Virus record (IMG/VR): IMGVR_UViG_3300025133_000063
Span: 1 to 64,000 of that record
Source: a virus
Reading direction: 5' to 3' (one strand)
Length of the DNA: 64,000 nucleotides
The stretch's first letter is position 1; every line of letters starts with the position of its first letter. A program made the translations under genes and the position numbers. The notes under the pieces are model-generated. The model had not been told where the DNA came from. It made no database searches and saw only the letters and a program-made list of their open reading frames with translations. Positions 48,655 through 57,658 of the stretch are shown piece after piece.

Positions 48655-48897
48655 ATGGTTACTTTTTTTAAAATTATTTTAACATTGTCTTTTTTCTTTG
48701 TTATTACTTTACTTTTAATGGGTTCCAGTGATGAAAAAAGACAATCACAACCCGCGCTGGAACCAGCAATAGAAAATATGCGGTTTGAACATGTACCTGG
48801 TACGGTAAGAAGAGGAGTTAACAGTGAGAAAAAATTCAGTTGGAACATTGAGGCGCGACGTAGACGATATATGCAAAACCCAAGCCAGGCTAGATAG
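48655..48897 (+). CDS. Small membrane-anchored protein
   Basis: N-terminal TM helix. Confidence 0.5.
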   Translation: MVTFFKIILTLSFFFVITLLLMGSSDEKRQSQPALEPAIENMRFEHVPGTVRRGVNSEKKFSWNIEARRRRYMQNPSQAR

Positions 48898-48969
48898 AAG
48901 ACTAAAGTACATAAGCTGGGTAGTTGCTCTACTGTCGATATTAACAATATATAACATGTTGTAGTCTAT

Positions 48970-49182
48970 ATGCGCGAAGGTCAGCTTGTCAATATTAAGG
49001 TAGATACAAAGCTTCAAGGTGAAGGCCCTTATATAATTCTTAGAGGCCCATATGAATTTGCAAAGATCCTAAACATCGCCGGTAATAAAATTACCGAAAT
49101 TACAACGTGTGTTGATCTTCTATCATCAACTGGTGATATTTTTGAAGCAATTAAGTGCAAAACACTGGAAAGAATTAAATAA
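48970..49182 (+). CDS. Small SH3-like hypothetical protein
   Basis: 'GQLVNIK' beta-rich pattern. Confidence 0.5.
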   Translation: MREGQLVNIKVDTKLQGEGPYIILRGPYEFAKILNIAGNKITEITTCVDLLSSTGDIFEAIKCKTLERIK

Positions 49183-49526
49183 TGTCACAATTGATTACGG
49201 GCGTTTTTATGTTTGCTGTAATGCATTTTGGCATATGGTGGTCAGCAAACGCACAATTTATTGATGGTTGGGATAAGAAAACTGCTCTTACATTATCTAT
49301 ATTAATGTCTATTCCAATTACACTTTTGGCATTTTTTGCATCACGATATACATATTATGCGCTTGATGAAAAAATGTGGACTGTTCGCTTTTTAGCATTT
49401 GGAATGTCATACCTTATTTTTCCAGTATTAACATGGCTTTTTCTTAATGAAACACCATTTACGGCAAAAACAATTGTCTGTACAATATTATCCGTATTAA
49501 TTATTTTTGTACAATTGAGATATTAA
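49182..49526 (+). CDS. Four-TM membrane protein (SMR/EamA-like)
   Basis: Four hydrophobic helices and 'LTWLFLNETPFT.K'. Confidence 0.6.
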   Translation: MSQLITGVFMFAVMHFGIWWSANAQFIDGWDKKTALTLSILMSIPITLLAFFASRYTYYALDEKMWTVRFLAFGMSYLIFPVLTWLFLNETPFTAKTIVCTILSVLIIFVQLRY

Positions 49527-50338
49527 TGCCTTCCCGTATTCCAGACAAGTTTTATCGCCCTCTTAATATGGCTATACTTGAGTCAAATTTTTGGTTGGAG
49601 ACGAACGATCCAGATTCTGCAGATTATAATACGATTGAAGGTGAAAATGTAGATCAAACTCCAGCAGCTGAGGTTTTAGGTCATGCGCTTACTACATTTT
49701 TTAAAGAGTCCGGTTATTTAACGAATGTTCTTGTTCGATCGCCAGATCCAGAAAATAACCCAAATTCGACATTTGATAAAAGTCACACCAACTATCCAGA
49801 TAAGATTGTTATTGGTGGTGAGATGGGTTTATCCTCTAGAGGAAGAAGAATGCTTTACCTCAATCTTGCAACATATGCAGAAGATTTTGATGTTAATGAT
49901 ATTACACCACAAATTCTTGCAGCCGAGGCTGCTGAAACCATACGCCATGAGCTAATCCATTCAGGACAATACGATAAAAGATCGCAAGCTCAAAAAGTTT
50001 CTAGAGTAGCAGCTAAAGAAAGCTATTATGATGAAGGTCAAATATCAACGTCGAACAATCGCGAACAGTACCTTTCTGCATATATTGAAATAGATGCATA
50101 TGCTCATGAATTTGCCGAATACTTGTTACGAAATTACGGTAAGCAAAAGGCACTAAGCATTATTAAGAAACCTAAAGGTCTAAATAACGTCAAGCTGCCC
50201 GATCAAATGAAAGAGTATCTAGATGGTGTTTCAAGTAAAAAGGCGTATATAAACCTGTTGAAGAAGATATATTTTCATATTAACGATCTCTTTGACAGGA
50301 AATTAATAGAAAACGTGCTTAAGCGTCTAATATCTTAG
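49526..50338 (+). CDS. Zincin-like HExxH metallopeptidase
   Basis: 'TIRHELIHSGQ', 'Y.....EIDAYAHE'. Confidence 0.7.
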   Translation: MPSRIPDKFYRPLNMAILESNFWLETNDPDSADYNTIEGENVDQTPAAEVLGHALTTFFKESGYLTNVLVRSPDPENNPNSTFDKSHTNYPDKIVIGGEMGLSSRGRRMLYLNLATYAEDFDVNDITPQILAAEAAETIRHELIHSGQYDKRSQAQKVSRVAAKESYYDEGQISTSNNREQYLSAYIEIDAYAHEFAEYLLRNYGKQKALSIIKKPKGLNNVKLPDQMKEYLDGVSSKKAYINLLKKIYFHINDLFDRKLIENVLKRLIS

Positions 50339-50377
50339 TGCCAATATAATATTTAAAGCAGTATAAAGGAACCAACA

Positions 50378-50665
50378 GTGAAAATTACAAAAACACAAAT
50401 CAGAAGAATTATTAGTGAGAGTAGAATACTCCCCGGTGAGCGAGCCTTGGACTTATACGCAGATATGTCTTTGACCGCAGATATTAAATCGAATATGCTT
50501 AAGCTTATTGAACAAGTAGCAGACAACGCAAACCTTGATGGCTTGAATGACGATGAGGCTCTAGAATCTGCCCATGACGCATTTTGTTCACTAGTGTCGG
50601 AGATAGCCGACGCTGTTGGTTATCATCATGTCGCAAATCAAATGGACACATTTCAACGAAAGTAA
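50378..50665 (+). CDS. MKITK-leader protein
   Basis: Begins MKITKTQIRRIISE, with ATATTTA upstream. Confidence 0.7.
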   Translation: MKITKTQIRRIISESRILPGERALDLYADMSLTADIKSNMLKLIEQVADNANLDGLNDDEALESAHDAFCSLVSEIADAVGYHHVANQMDTFQRK

Positions 50666-50681
50666 GCTTTAGGGCTAATTT

Positions 50682-51515
50682 ATGTCATATGGTAATACAC
50701 CTCTTATAAAAATTTCTGATGGGATTTATGGAAAACTTGAAGCATATAATCCAACAGGTTCAGTTAAAGATAGACTGATCAAGTTTCTTATTGAAAAAGA
50801 AGTTTCTAATAAGAAAATAAATTCTGACACGGTGTTCTGTGAGGCTACATCTGGAAATACTGGAATAGCCCTTGCTTCGGCTGCTGCCTCCTTTGGTGTT
50901 ATTTGTAGGATATATATGCCTGCAAACATGTCAAAGGAACGTGTGGATATGATGAGTGCCTTCGGTGCTAAAATTATAAAGGTTCCTGATAATGATTTTG
51001 AAGAAGCCATACGACAACGCGATATATTTTTAAATAAAAACAAAAATTCTTGGTCGCCAATGCAGTTTAGCAATCCAAATAATATTGATTGTCATTTTTC
51101 TACTACTGCTCCAGAAATTCATAAACAAGTCGCTAAGAAATGGTCGGCATTTATTCATGGTTCTGGTACCGGTGGAACAATCGCCGGCGTTAAGAAATAT
51201 ATTGATAGCTTATCACTACCAACAAAGGTCTGTCTAGTTGTTCCTGCCGAGGAAAAACATGGAATTCAAGGAATTGGCGATGGTCAAGATTTTTTAGCAA
51301 CACCAAGTGAGTATGACGACATTTATATTATAAGAACTGAAGATGCAATTACACGATCAAAACAATTTGCAAAATCCAGCGGCTATTTAGTAGGCATCAG
51401 TTCAGGGGCAAATATACTTGCTGCTGAATTGTGGAAGAAAAAAAATAAACCTGATGGAGATATTATTACTATATTGGCCGATAGAGGTGAACGTTATATG
51501 TCAATTTATAGTTAA
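50682..51515 (+). CDS. Cysteine synthase (PLP-dependent, CysK/CysM-like)
   Basis: 'GNTPL', 'KLEAYNPTGSVKDR', 'EATSGNTG', 'GSGTGGT', 'IQGIG', 'GISSGA', 'DRGERY'. Confidence 0.92.
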   Translation: MSYGNTPLIKISDGIYGKLEAYNPTGSVKDRLIKFLIEKEVSNKKINSDTVFCEATSGNTGIALASAAASFGVICRIYMPANMSKERVDMMSAFGAKIIKVPDNDFEEAIRQRDIFLNKNKNSWSPMQFSNPNNIDCHFSTTAPEIHKQVAKKWSAFIHGSGTGGTIAGVKKYIDSLSLPTKVCLVVPAEEKHGIQGIGDGQDFLATPSEYDDIYIIRTEDAITRSKQFAKSSGYLVGISSGANILAAELWKKKNKPDGDIITILADRGERYMSIYS

Positions 51516-51541
51516 ATGAATATTTAAATACAGAGGTTTTT

Positions 51542-51910
51542 GTGTTAGAATATTCTATGCCATTTTTTTATGAAGACAGTAATGTTCCAGCCGTGCTGTC
51601 AAAAATCTCCCCAATTGAAATCGGCGCCATTACATTGGGGCCATTTGTTTTTTCTAGAGGGAAAATAAGTGAATCAACACGTATACACGAAACAATACAC
51701 TGGCAACAATATATTGAGACAGGGATAATTGGTTTTCTTGTCTTATATTTATTGTTTTGGATAATAGGTTTATTCAAATATCGGAGTGGTGTATTGGCTT
51801 ATCGTAATATGCCATTTGAGCATGAAGCATATAAACACCAAGATGATGTATCATATTTGTTTAACAGATCACGTTATGAGTGGTGTCGATTAGGATATTA
51901 CAATGAATGA
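51542..51910 (+). CDS. Small HExxH membrane-associated peptidase-like protein
   Basis: 'AITLGPFVF', 'IHETIHWQQ', a TM segment, 'PFEHEAY'. Confidence 0.65.
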   Translation: MLEYSMPFFYEDSNVPAVLSKISPIEIGAITLGPFVFSRGKISESTRIHETIHWQQYIETGIIGFLVLYLLFWIIGLFKYRSGVLAYRNMPFEHEAYKHQDDVSYLFNRSRYEWCRLGYYNE

Positions 51911-53354
51911 ATTAACGTTAAGACACTATATTAGAGAAGCTCTTGTATTAGATGCCGGTGCCGCTGGAACAGCCAGCTTAGACATACCAGATGGTATTAA
52001 AAATATAGATATAATGGATATAGTCACCGCAGAAATAGCCAAAGGTGATCCTACCGGTAAGAGAATGCAGCAAATTTTAGCATTTAATGAAATGGTTTAC
52101 AATATTGCTATGGAAGGTGGAAATAAAAATGCATGGCAAGCAATTGCCGAAAAAATGTTGGCTTATTGGGGTTATAATGTTGAAGACCAAACAGGCGCCG
52201 ATGCAACAGGAATAACTGTTTTTTACGATGTTGAGAAAGACAATATATACTATTCAGTAAAATCATCGTTTAAATCAGGTGCTAACAGCTATAGGGCTGC
52301 TACATCAAGCTCCAATGTTAAAATTCAGTCTATTTGTGCACTTATTATTAAGGAGCCTGAAAAGAACGTATTGGGTAATATTGGGTGTTTTTGTAACAAG
52401 AAGAACCCTATCATAGGGTGGGGACAAGTTACTGCTCCAATATCAAGAGAAGCAGTGATAAAGAATATTTTGTCTATTGTTTCTAGTGATAATGATTTAG
52501 CAAAAAGATTTATCGATGCAACAGAAAACAAACCATCTTCTTCCATTGCTGATAAAATTATTAGTGATATTAAAAATTATTTTGCCTCGGCCGGCTTAAC
52601 ACCAGCAGATGGTCGTATGGGCTTAAGCCCTATGGCTGCAGTTCTTGGTGATATAAATGAAAAAGAAATAGGATCTCTTACCCTTGTAGATCCAGTTGAG
52701 CTTTTTGAAAAAACATTGGGTTCAGGTATAAAAGATGGTGTTCGTTCAGATGGCACTAAGGTTGCTCCTGAAGAGGATAGATCTGACTTTTTAAGAAGAA
52801 TGAGATCTGTCGCTAGAACGTTAAGTAGCGTTGAGATGGAAGATGTTATAGCGGCGGCTATAGGAATGTTGACATCTGCTAAGCCTGATGCACCATTGGA
52901 GGAAACCTTAAGACAATTTACTCCTTCTACACAAGCTTATCTTAGAGAGCATTTTAAAATAAATGAATCAAGATTATTAAAAAAATATATCCGAAGTTTA
53001 CTTGAATGTGGTGAAGAACCAGGGCAAACTTTACAACCTCTTATGGATCCCTTATTTAATCTTCGCGAAATAGTAAAAGAGCTAACTCTTCTAGAAGATC
53101 ATATGAATAATCCGTCAAAACAATGTCCGGATTGTATTAACAAACATTTAATGAAGTGTGAGGCCTTGTCTGAAGAGGCTATTTCTTTAGATGGTGATAA
53201 CCAGTACCCATTTATTTCCAGTGTACCACAGGTTATTAGAGGGTGGCATAAGGCCGTATTAGATAACGATGTTATACCTCCAGCTGTTCCAGCTGAGATG
53301 AGAAGATTTAGAAAAATGATTATGCCACATGTGGCCAATAAATTTGAGGTTTAG
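51903..53354 (+). CDS. Leader-tagged multidomain protein (possible nuclease domain plus C-terminal Cys/His domain)
   Basis: N-terminal 'LRHYIREAL', 'YDV.....YSVKS', internal tag 'ESRLLKKYIRSLLE', then 'LLEDH.....CPDC..KH'. Confidence 0.65.
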   Translation: MNELTLRHYIREALVLDAGAAGTASLDIPDGIKNIDIMDIVTAEIAKGDPTGKRMQQILAFNEMVYNIAMEGGNKNAWQAIAEKMLAYWGYNVEDQTGADATGITVFYDVEKDNIYYSVKSSFKSGANSYRAATSSSNVKIQSICALIIKEPEKNVLGNIGCFCNKKNPIIGWGQVTAPISREAVIKNILSIVSSDNDLAKRFIDATENKPSSSIADKIISDIKNYFASAGLTPADGRMGLSPMAAVLGDINEKEIGSLTLVDPVELFEKTLGSGIKDGVRSDGTKVAPEEDRSDFLRRMRSVARTLSSVEMEDVIAAAIGMLTSAKPDAPLEETLRQFTPSTQAYLREHFKINESRLLKKYIRSLLECGEEPGQTLQPLMDPLFNLREIVKELTLLEDHMNNPSKQCPDCINKHLMKCEALSEEAISLDGDNQYPFISSVPQVIRGWHKAVLDNDVIPPAVPAEMRRFRKMIMPHVANKFEV

Positions 53355-53396
53355 TATAGCAATGAAAATTACTAAAACAAAAAAGAGGATTTTAAA

Positions 53397-53789
53397 ATGA
53401 AAATCACAAAGAGACAGCTACGAAGAATTATTAGAGAAGCTTTTACAACGGTGTCTGATGAAGAATTTGACAGGGACACCTTTGCAGACTATAGGGGTGG
53501 ACTACGAGATTTAGTTCCATCAGATCCAAAGCGCCCATGGGGATCATATGCTGGTGTTGGTGATGAGACATATTCTGATACTATTGTGATGAGTCCAAAT
53601 GGAGACTCAGTCTTGGTTGATGGTCTAGAAACTTATATACAAGATGTACCCTCACAATTACACCATACTTCAGGTTTTGAAATGAGTAAGACCGATGCAG
53701 ATAATTTAATATTCGCCCTTGAAACTCAGGAACAAGATGGTTATATAGAGCTTGGTGTCGAATACAAAAATGGAAAATGGAGTTGGTAA
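53397..53789 (+). CDS. MKITK-leader protein
   Basis: Begins MKITKRQLRRIIRE. Confidence 0.75.
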   Translation: MKITKRQLRRIIREAFTTVSDEEFDRDTFADYRGGLRDLVPSDPKRPWGSYAGVGDETYSDTIVMSPNGDSVLVDGLETYIQDVPSQLHHTSGFEMSKTDADNLIFALETQEQDGYIELGVEYKNGKWSW

Positions 53790-54166
53790 TGAGAATTACA
53801 AAGAGACAACTACGAAAAATTATTAGAGAAGTTAGCGACTGGTATGATGACGAAAACGAGACGCTTGCCGACAAAAAATTTCGTGACTCCTATGAGAGTG
53901 AAAAACGGCCCCGCGATGATTTACGAAATCGAGTACATCAATACTTGATTGATAAAAAGTTTTTCAAAGGACGTAATCTCAATGGCCGGCCACAGATCGA
54001 GATATTCTGGGGACCACCTGAAGGACCAGATGTCCCAAAAGGTGCAGGATATACAAATCCCGCCCATGATTTTCTAAAATCAGCAGTTGAATCCGGTGAC
54101 ATTGACTGGGCCACATGGGAAGAAATTGAGCCTATCTGGCGAGAAATTGACAGATCAATTAACTGA
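53789..54166 (+). CDS. MKITK-leader protein
   Basis: Start re-assigned to ATG 53789 (TAATG overlap); begins MRITKRQLRKIIRE. Confidence 0.75.
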   Translation: MRITKRQLRKIIREVSDWYDDENETLADKKFRDSYESEKRPRDDLRNRVHQYLIDKKFFKGRNLNGRPQIEIFWGPPEGPDVPKGAGYTNPAHDFLKSAVESGDIDWATWEEIEPIWREIDRSIN

Positions 54167-54186
54167 CATTTAAAAAGGAGATAACA

Positions 54187-55143
54187 ATGAAAATTACAAA
54201 AAGACAACTTAGAAGAATCATTAGAGAAACTGGCCGGCCCGAACACGATGCCGAAGCCCGCGGCATGGTGGCTTCATACCGTCAAGGTTACAATGATGCC
54301 TATCGCGGACCAGGATATAAAAAACGTGGCAATCGCGAATATCTTCGAGGGTACCAACAGGGTGTTGCTGACGTCGAACAAGGTAAGCCCCCACCGGACG
54401 GCTTCCGGCCAGCCCGGCGCATTAGGGAAGCCGAAGGCTCTACCAAGAAATACGATGATGACTCTGCGCTTAAGGGCGGGCAAAGCAAACTTCCTGATGC
54501 CCTTCAAAAAGGGATCATTGATAAGACAGTTGATGACCGTGAAGAGCGTGAAGAAGAAGAGAGAGAAGAGAAGAATGAATCCGTACAAATTATAAAGCGA
54601 CAGCTTAGAAGAACTATTCGCGAAATGATGAGGGGTCCAGCTGCTGAGATGGCTGCAGCCGCTGCAGAGACCGGTGCAGCCGGTATGGCACATCGCCGTG
54701 ATGGCCTCGGTAAAAATATCACCGACGTTGACTTTCCAATTATCGTAGGTTACGAAGGTAAGTCGGAGATTGCATATAATCAGGATGAGCTGGACGACAT
54801 ATTGGATTATGTTGCTCCTACCCATGGCAGTTCTGGAATTCCATACAGCTTAGATTCTATTTCTGATTTAGAACCACACTCTGTTCCTGTAGGTGTTGGA
54901 ATAGAGCAATTGTCTGCTGGAAAGAAAATAAAGATTACAAAAAGTCATTTAAAAAGAATTATTCAAGAAACAGTATTACGTGAAAATTTAAACAGTGCTA
55001 TTGAAAAAGCACTAACAATGTCAGACACTAAATCTATTAATGTTGTAATAGAAAAAGTAAAAGAGATTGTTGGTGATCAATATAATGATGAACAAATTGC
55101 AATTGCTGTTGAAGATAGCTTTGATAACGCCATGGGAATATAA
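54187..55143 (+). CDS. MKITK-leader modular protein with two internal tag copies
   Basis: MKITKRQLRRIIRE, internal 'VQIIKRQLRRTIRE' and 'IKITKSHLKRIIQE'. Confidence 0.75.
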   Translation: MKITKRQLRRIIRETGRPEHDAEARGMVASYRQGYNDAYRGPGYKKRGNREYLRGYQQGVADVEQGKPPPDGFRPARRIREAEGSTKKYDDDSALKGGQSKLPDALQKGIIDKTVDDREEREEEEREEKNESVQIIKRQLRRTIREMMRGPAAEMAAAAAETGAAGMAHRRDGLGKNITDVDFPIIVGYEGKSEIAYNQDELDDILDYVAPTHGSSGIPYSLDSISDLEPHSVPVGVGIEQLSAGKKIKITKSHLKRIIQETVLRENLNSAIEKALTMSDTKSINVVIEKVKEIVGDQYNDEQIAIAVEDSFDNAMGI

Positions 55144-55179
55144 AAAGTAAGATATATTTTGAACCTAACGGAAACTAAA

Positions 55180-55743
55180 GTGAACATTATTCGTGAATAT
55201 ATAAGAGAGCTTCTTGTTGAAGATTTAGCTAAGCGTCAAACTATGGTTATAGAACTGATAACTGAAGAAGACAATTCAGCAGGTCCAGGGTTTAAATACA
55301 TTCACCGTGGAATGAAGATTGATATAGGTAGTGCACCTCTCGCCTCACAGATAAGAAAAGTAGCACAAAAGAAATCAGCCGGTATAAGTGAGCGCGAAGC
55401 TGGTGCTTTTATTATGGCCAAGTTGAAAAACGAAGAAATCGGTGAATCTTGGACAACAAATAGAGATGTAGCTTCAAACTTTGCAGATGTTTGGGAGGCA
55501 ACCAATCGAGGCAGCACTCTTCACGTGATGTTTACTGGCAAGATTCCAAATAATTTTGGTTATGATCCAACAATAACTGGTGAAGAGCCTGCGATGTTTG
55601 ACGATGAAAGTGAGGTTCGAATTCCAAAAGGCGAAGAAATAGAAATCTCTTCTGTTTCTGTTTTTATTGCTAGTAAGGCCAGCGGCAAAAATTGGATGAA
55701 ATTTCGCCCAGTCGCATTTAGCTTAGGCAAGGTAAGAGCATGA
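55180..55743 (+). CDS. Leader-tagged R-S-E type ADP-ribosyltransferase-like protein
   Basis: GTG 55180 gives MNIIREYIRELLVE; 'YIHRG', 'GESWTT', 'DESEV'. Confidence 0.7.
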   Translation: MNIIREYIRELLVEDLAKRQTMVIELITEEDNSAGPGFKYIHRGMKIDIGSAPLASQIRKVAQKKSAGISEREAGAFIMAKLKNEEIGESWTTNRDVASNFADVWEATNRGSTLHVMFTGKIPNNFGYDPTITGEEPAMFDDESEVRIPKGEEIEISSVSVFIASKASGKNWMKFRPVAFSLGKVRA

Positions 55744-56531
55744 ACCTACTCCGCGAATACATAAGAGAGCTGCTAGCAGAAGACGCCATGGGCTTTGTCC
55801 ACGATCTTGCAGCTACATCAGAAGAGTTTGGTGAAGAAGGCGAAATGTTCTTTGGTGGTAATCCCGGAAAAGGCGGAGGCAAGGCAATTAAGCGCGCATT
55901 CAATGCAAATGCTGATCACCAATGGTTGGCAACACTAGACACTGTCCATTGGACCGGTGAGATTTACAATATGGAAGGGCTTGTTGGAAAAGGAAAGGAC
56001 GAACTTTCTGCAACAATGACGCTTCCAGGCGAAGATTTTGATTGGCAGCTTTATTATGGATTATGGATAAAGGGCCGCATAACCTTAGCAGCAAATGATC
56101 AAGACGCGTTATATACAGGTCACTATTCGACAGGTACTCCAGACGAGAAACAAGCACATATAGATAAATCTTCTGGAAGAAACAAGCTGCCATCCGTCTC
56201 AAAAGATTATAGTCGTTACGGACAACTTAAACGTGGGAACGAATATGCCGAAAGGACGGCGAAGAAAATTCCATATCTTTTAGACCAGTCTATGTGGAAT
56301 CCTTCTGGGAATAATAACGAAGCACTGGTCGACAATTGGAAACCTGTTGGAATAATCCTAACGAAATTCGACGAGATAGATATCGTTTCAGGATTGGGGT
56401 ATGTTGAGGGCACCAAAGAAGATATTGAAGAATTTACGCTTGGTGTGACGAAACAAATTCTATTAACGGCCCTTGCGTTTGGTGTACCAGTTTATGATAC
56501 AGAGCGAGAGTTATTATGGAGCCCGGAATGA
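55740..56531 (+). CDS. Leader-tagged protein, possibly ART-fold
   Basis: MNLLREYIRELLAE; 'TVHW', 'ELSAT', 'G..IKG.I..A..D', 'NNEALV'. Confidence 0.55.
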   Translation: MNLLREYIRELLAEDAMGFVHDLAATSEEFGEEGEMFFGGNPGKGGGKAIKRAFNANADHQWLATLDTVHWTGEIYNMEGLVGKGKDELSATMTLPGEDFDWQLYYGLWIKGRITLAANDQDALYTGHYSTGTPDEKQAHIDKSSGRNKLPSVSKDYSRYGQLKRGNEYAERTAKKIPYLLDQSMWNPSGNNNEALVDNWKPVGIILTKFDEIDIVSGLGYVEGTKEDIEEFTLGVTKQILLTALAFGVPVYDTERELLWSPE

Positions 56532-57037
56532 AATTCATGTCATTTCAGAGCTGGCTGGCACAAACAATAGCAGATGATGGTTGTTGTCAATCTGAAAACA
56601 TATCATATCTTTGGGCTGATCCGAATCAGGAAGATGTGCTGGATTATTTCGCCACTCAATATGATTTAAACACTATACGGATGGAAGACATTCAAGCTGC
56701 TGCCGATGAAATGTATCAGAAAACTCAGTCTGCCATAGCCTCTGATTTTCCAGATGAGATTCAAGTTTGGCGGTGTGGTGGATTAGCCGGTGATGTAACA
56801 TCGGTGACGACTAACAAGAGAGTTGCTGATGGTGGGTGTAGCGGTGGTTATTATGGTGGCAAGGATGCCACCGTCACATCATATATGGTAAATCGTTCTG
56901 ATGTTCTAGCTTCGGTTGAGCATCTCTGGCCCGCGGGCGATTTTGTGGAGGACGAACTCTTGGTCCGCCCCGGAGCACTCCGGCCAATGAAAGAATCTTT
57001 ACTCCGTGAATACATAAGAGGGCTCCTAGAGGTTTAG
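56528..57037 (+). CDS. R-S-E type ADP-ribosyltransferase-like protein with C-terminal tag
   Basis: Start 56528 (ATGA overlap); 'VWRCG', 'TSVTT', 'VEDELLV'; ends 'ESLLREYIRGLLEV'. Confidence 0.62.
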   Translation: MKFMSFQSWLAQTIADDGCCQSENISYLWADPNQEDVLDYFATQYDLNTIRMEDIQAAADEMYQKTQSAIASDFPDEIQVWRCGGLAGDVTSVTTNKRVADGGCSGGYYGGKDATVTSYMVNRSDVLASVEHLWPAGDFVEDELLVRPGALRPMKESLLREYIRGLLEV

Positions 57038-57038
57038 A

Positions 57039-57656
57039 ATGAAATTACTTAGAAAATATATAAAGCAACTTTTAAAAGAAGAATATAACATTGAAAAAAA
57101 CAAGTGGACACTTTTAGGACCTGACGATTTAAGACGTGATGACGTAATGCAACAATTATATGATATGACGTGTGAAACTTATGGTCCAATTGGTGGTCAC
57201 CCAAAAATATCATGTCCTTTAGCATTAAATAAATACATGTATTGGATTGTCGCAGATATCGATGATGATCCAGAAATTGATGTTGGAATGTATGGAAAGC
57301 CAACTGCTGCCGGCCATAAAATGGGTGGTGCAGCAAATGATGGTACTCCTCAAGCCGCACAGGCATATAAAGAAAAGTCCGCAGAATTACGTTCTGGTGG
57401 ATCAATAGATGGTGTTGGTAATTGGTATGGTGAAGTTTCCGGAAAGCCAGCGTACGCAATGTTATCAAGAGGGGCTCCGGCTATAGTAAATGAACAACAG
57501 GTCAAGGCACTATTAAAAGGCAAAGGTGTAATTTGGCATGGAATGCATCCTGATCCAGCTGCACCAGCTGTTTTTAAAAATAGCCCTGGATGGTATTCTA
57601 GAAACTTAGGTGGTGTTCTTCATACAAAAATAATTGTTGGCTCACCAAAGGTTTAA
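57039..57656 (+). CDS. Leader-tagged hypothetical protein
   Basis: MKLLRKYIKQLLKE. The fold is uncertain, possibly a divergent GNAT. Confidence 0.6.
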   Translation: MKLLRKYIKQLLKEEYNIEKNKWTLLGPDDLRRDDVMQQLYDMTCETYGPIGGHPKISCPLALNKYMYWIVADIDDDPEIDVGMYGKPTAAGHKMGGAANDGTPQAAQAYKEKSAELRSGGSIDGVGNWYGEVSGKPAYAMLSRGAPAIVNEQQVKALLKGKGVIWHGMHPDPAAPAVFKNSPGWYSRNLGGVLHTKIIVGSPKV

Positions 57657-57658
57657 CA

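Larger units (their letters stand above)
50378..54969 (+). repeat. Dispersed coding repeat ATGAAAAT(T/C)ACAAA.AGACA.CT..GAA.AAT.ATTAGAGAA
   Basis: Copies at 50378, 53362 (partial), 53397, 53789 and 54187, with internal copies near 54583 and 54928. Confidence 0.85.
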
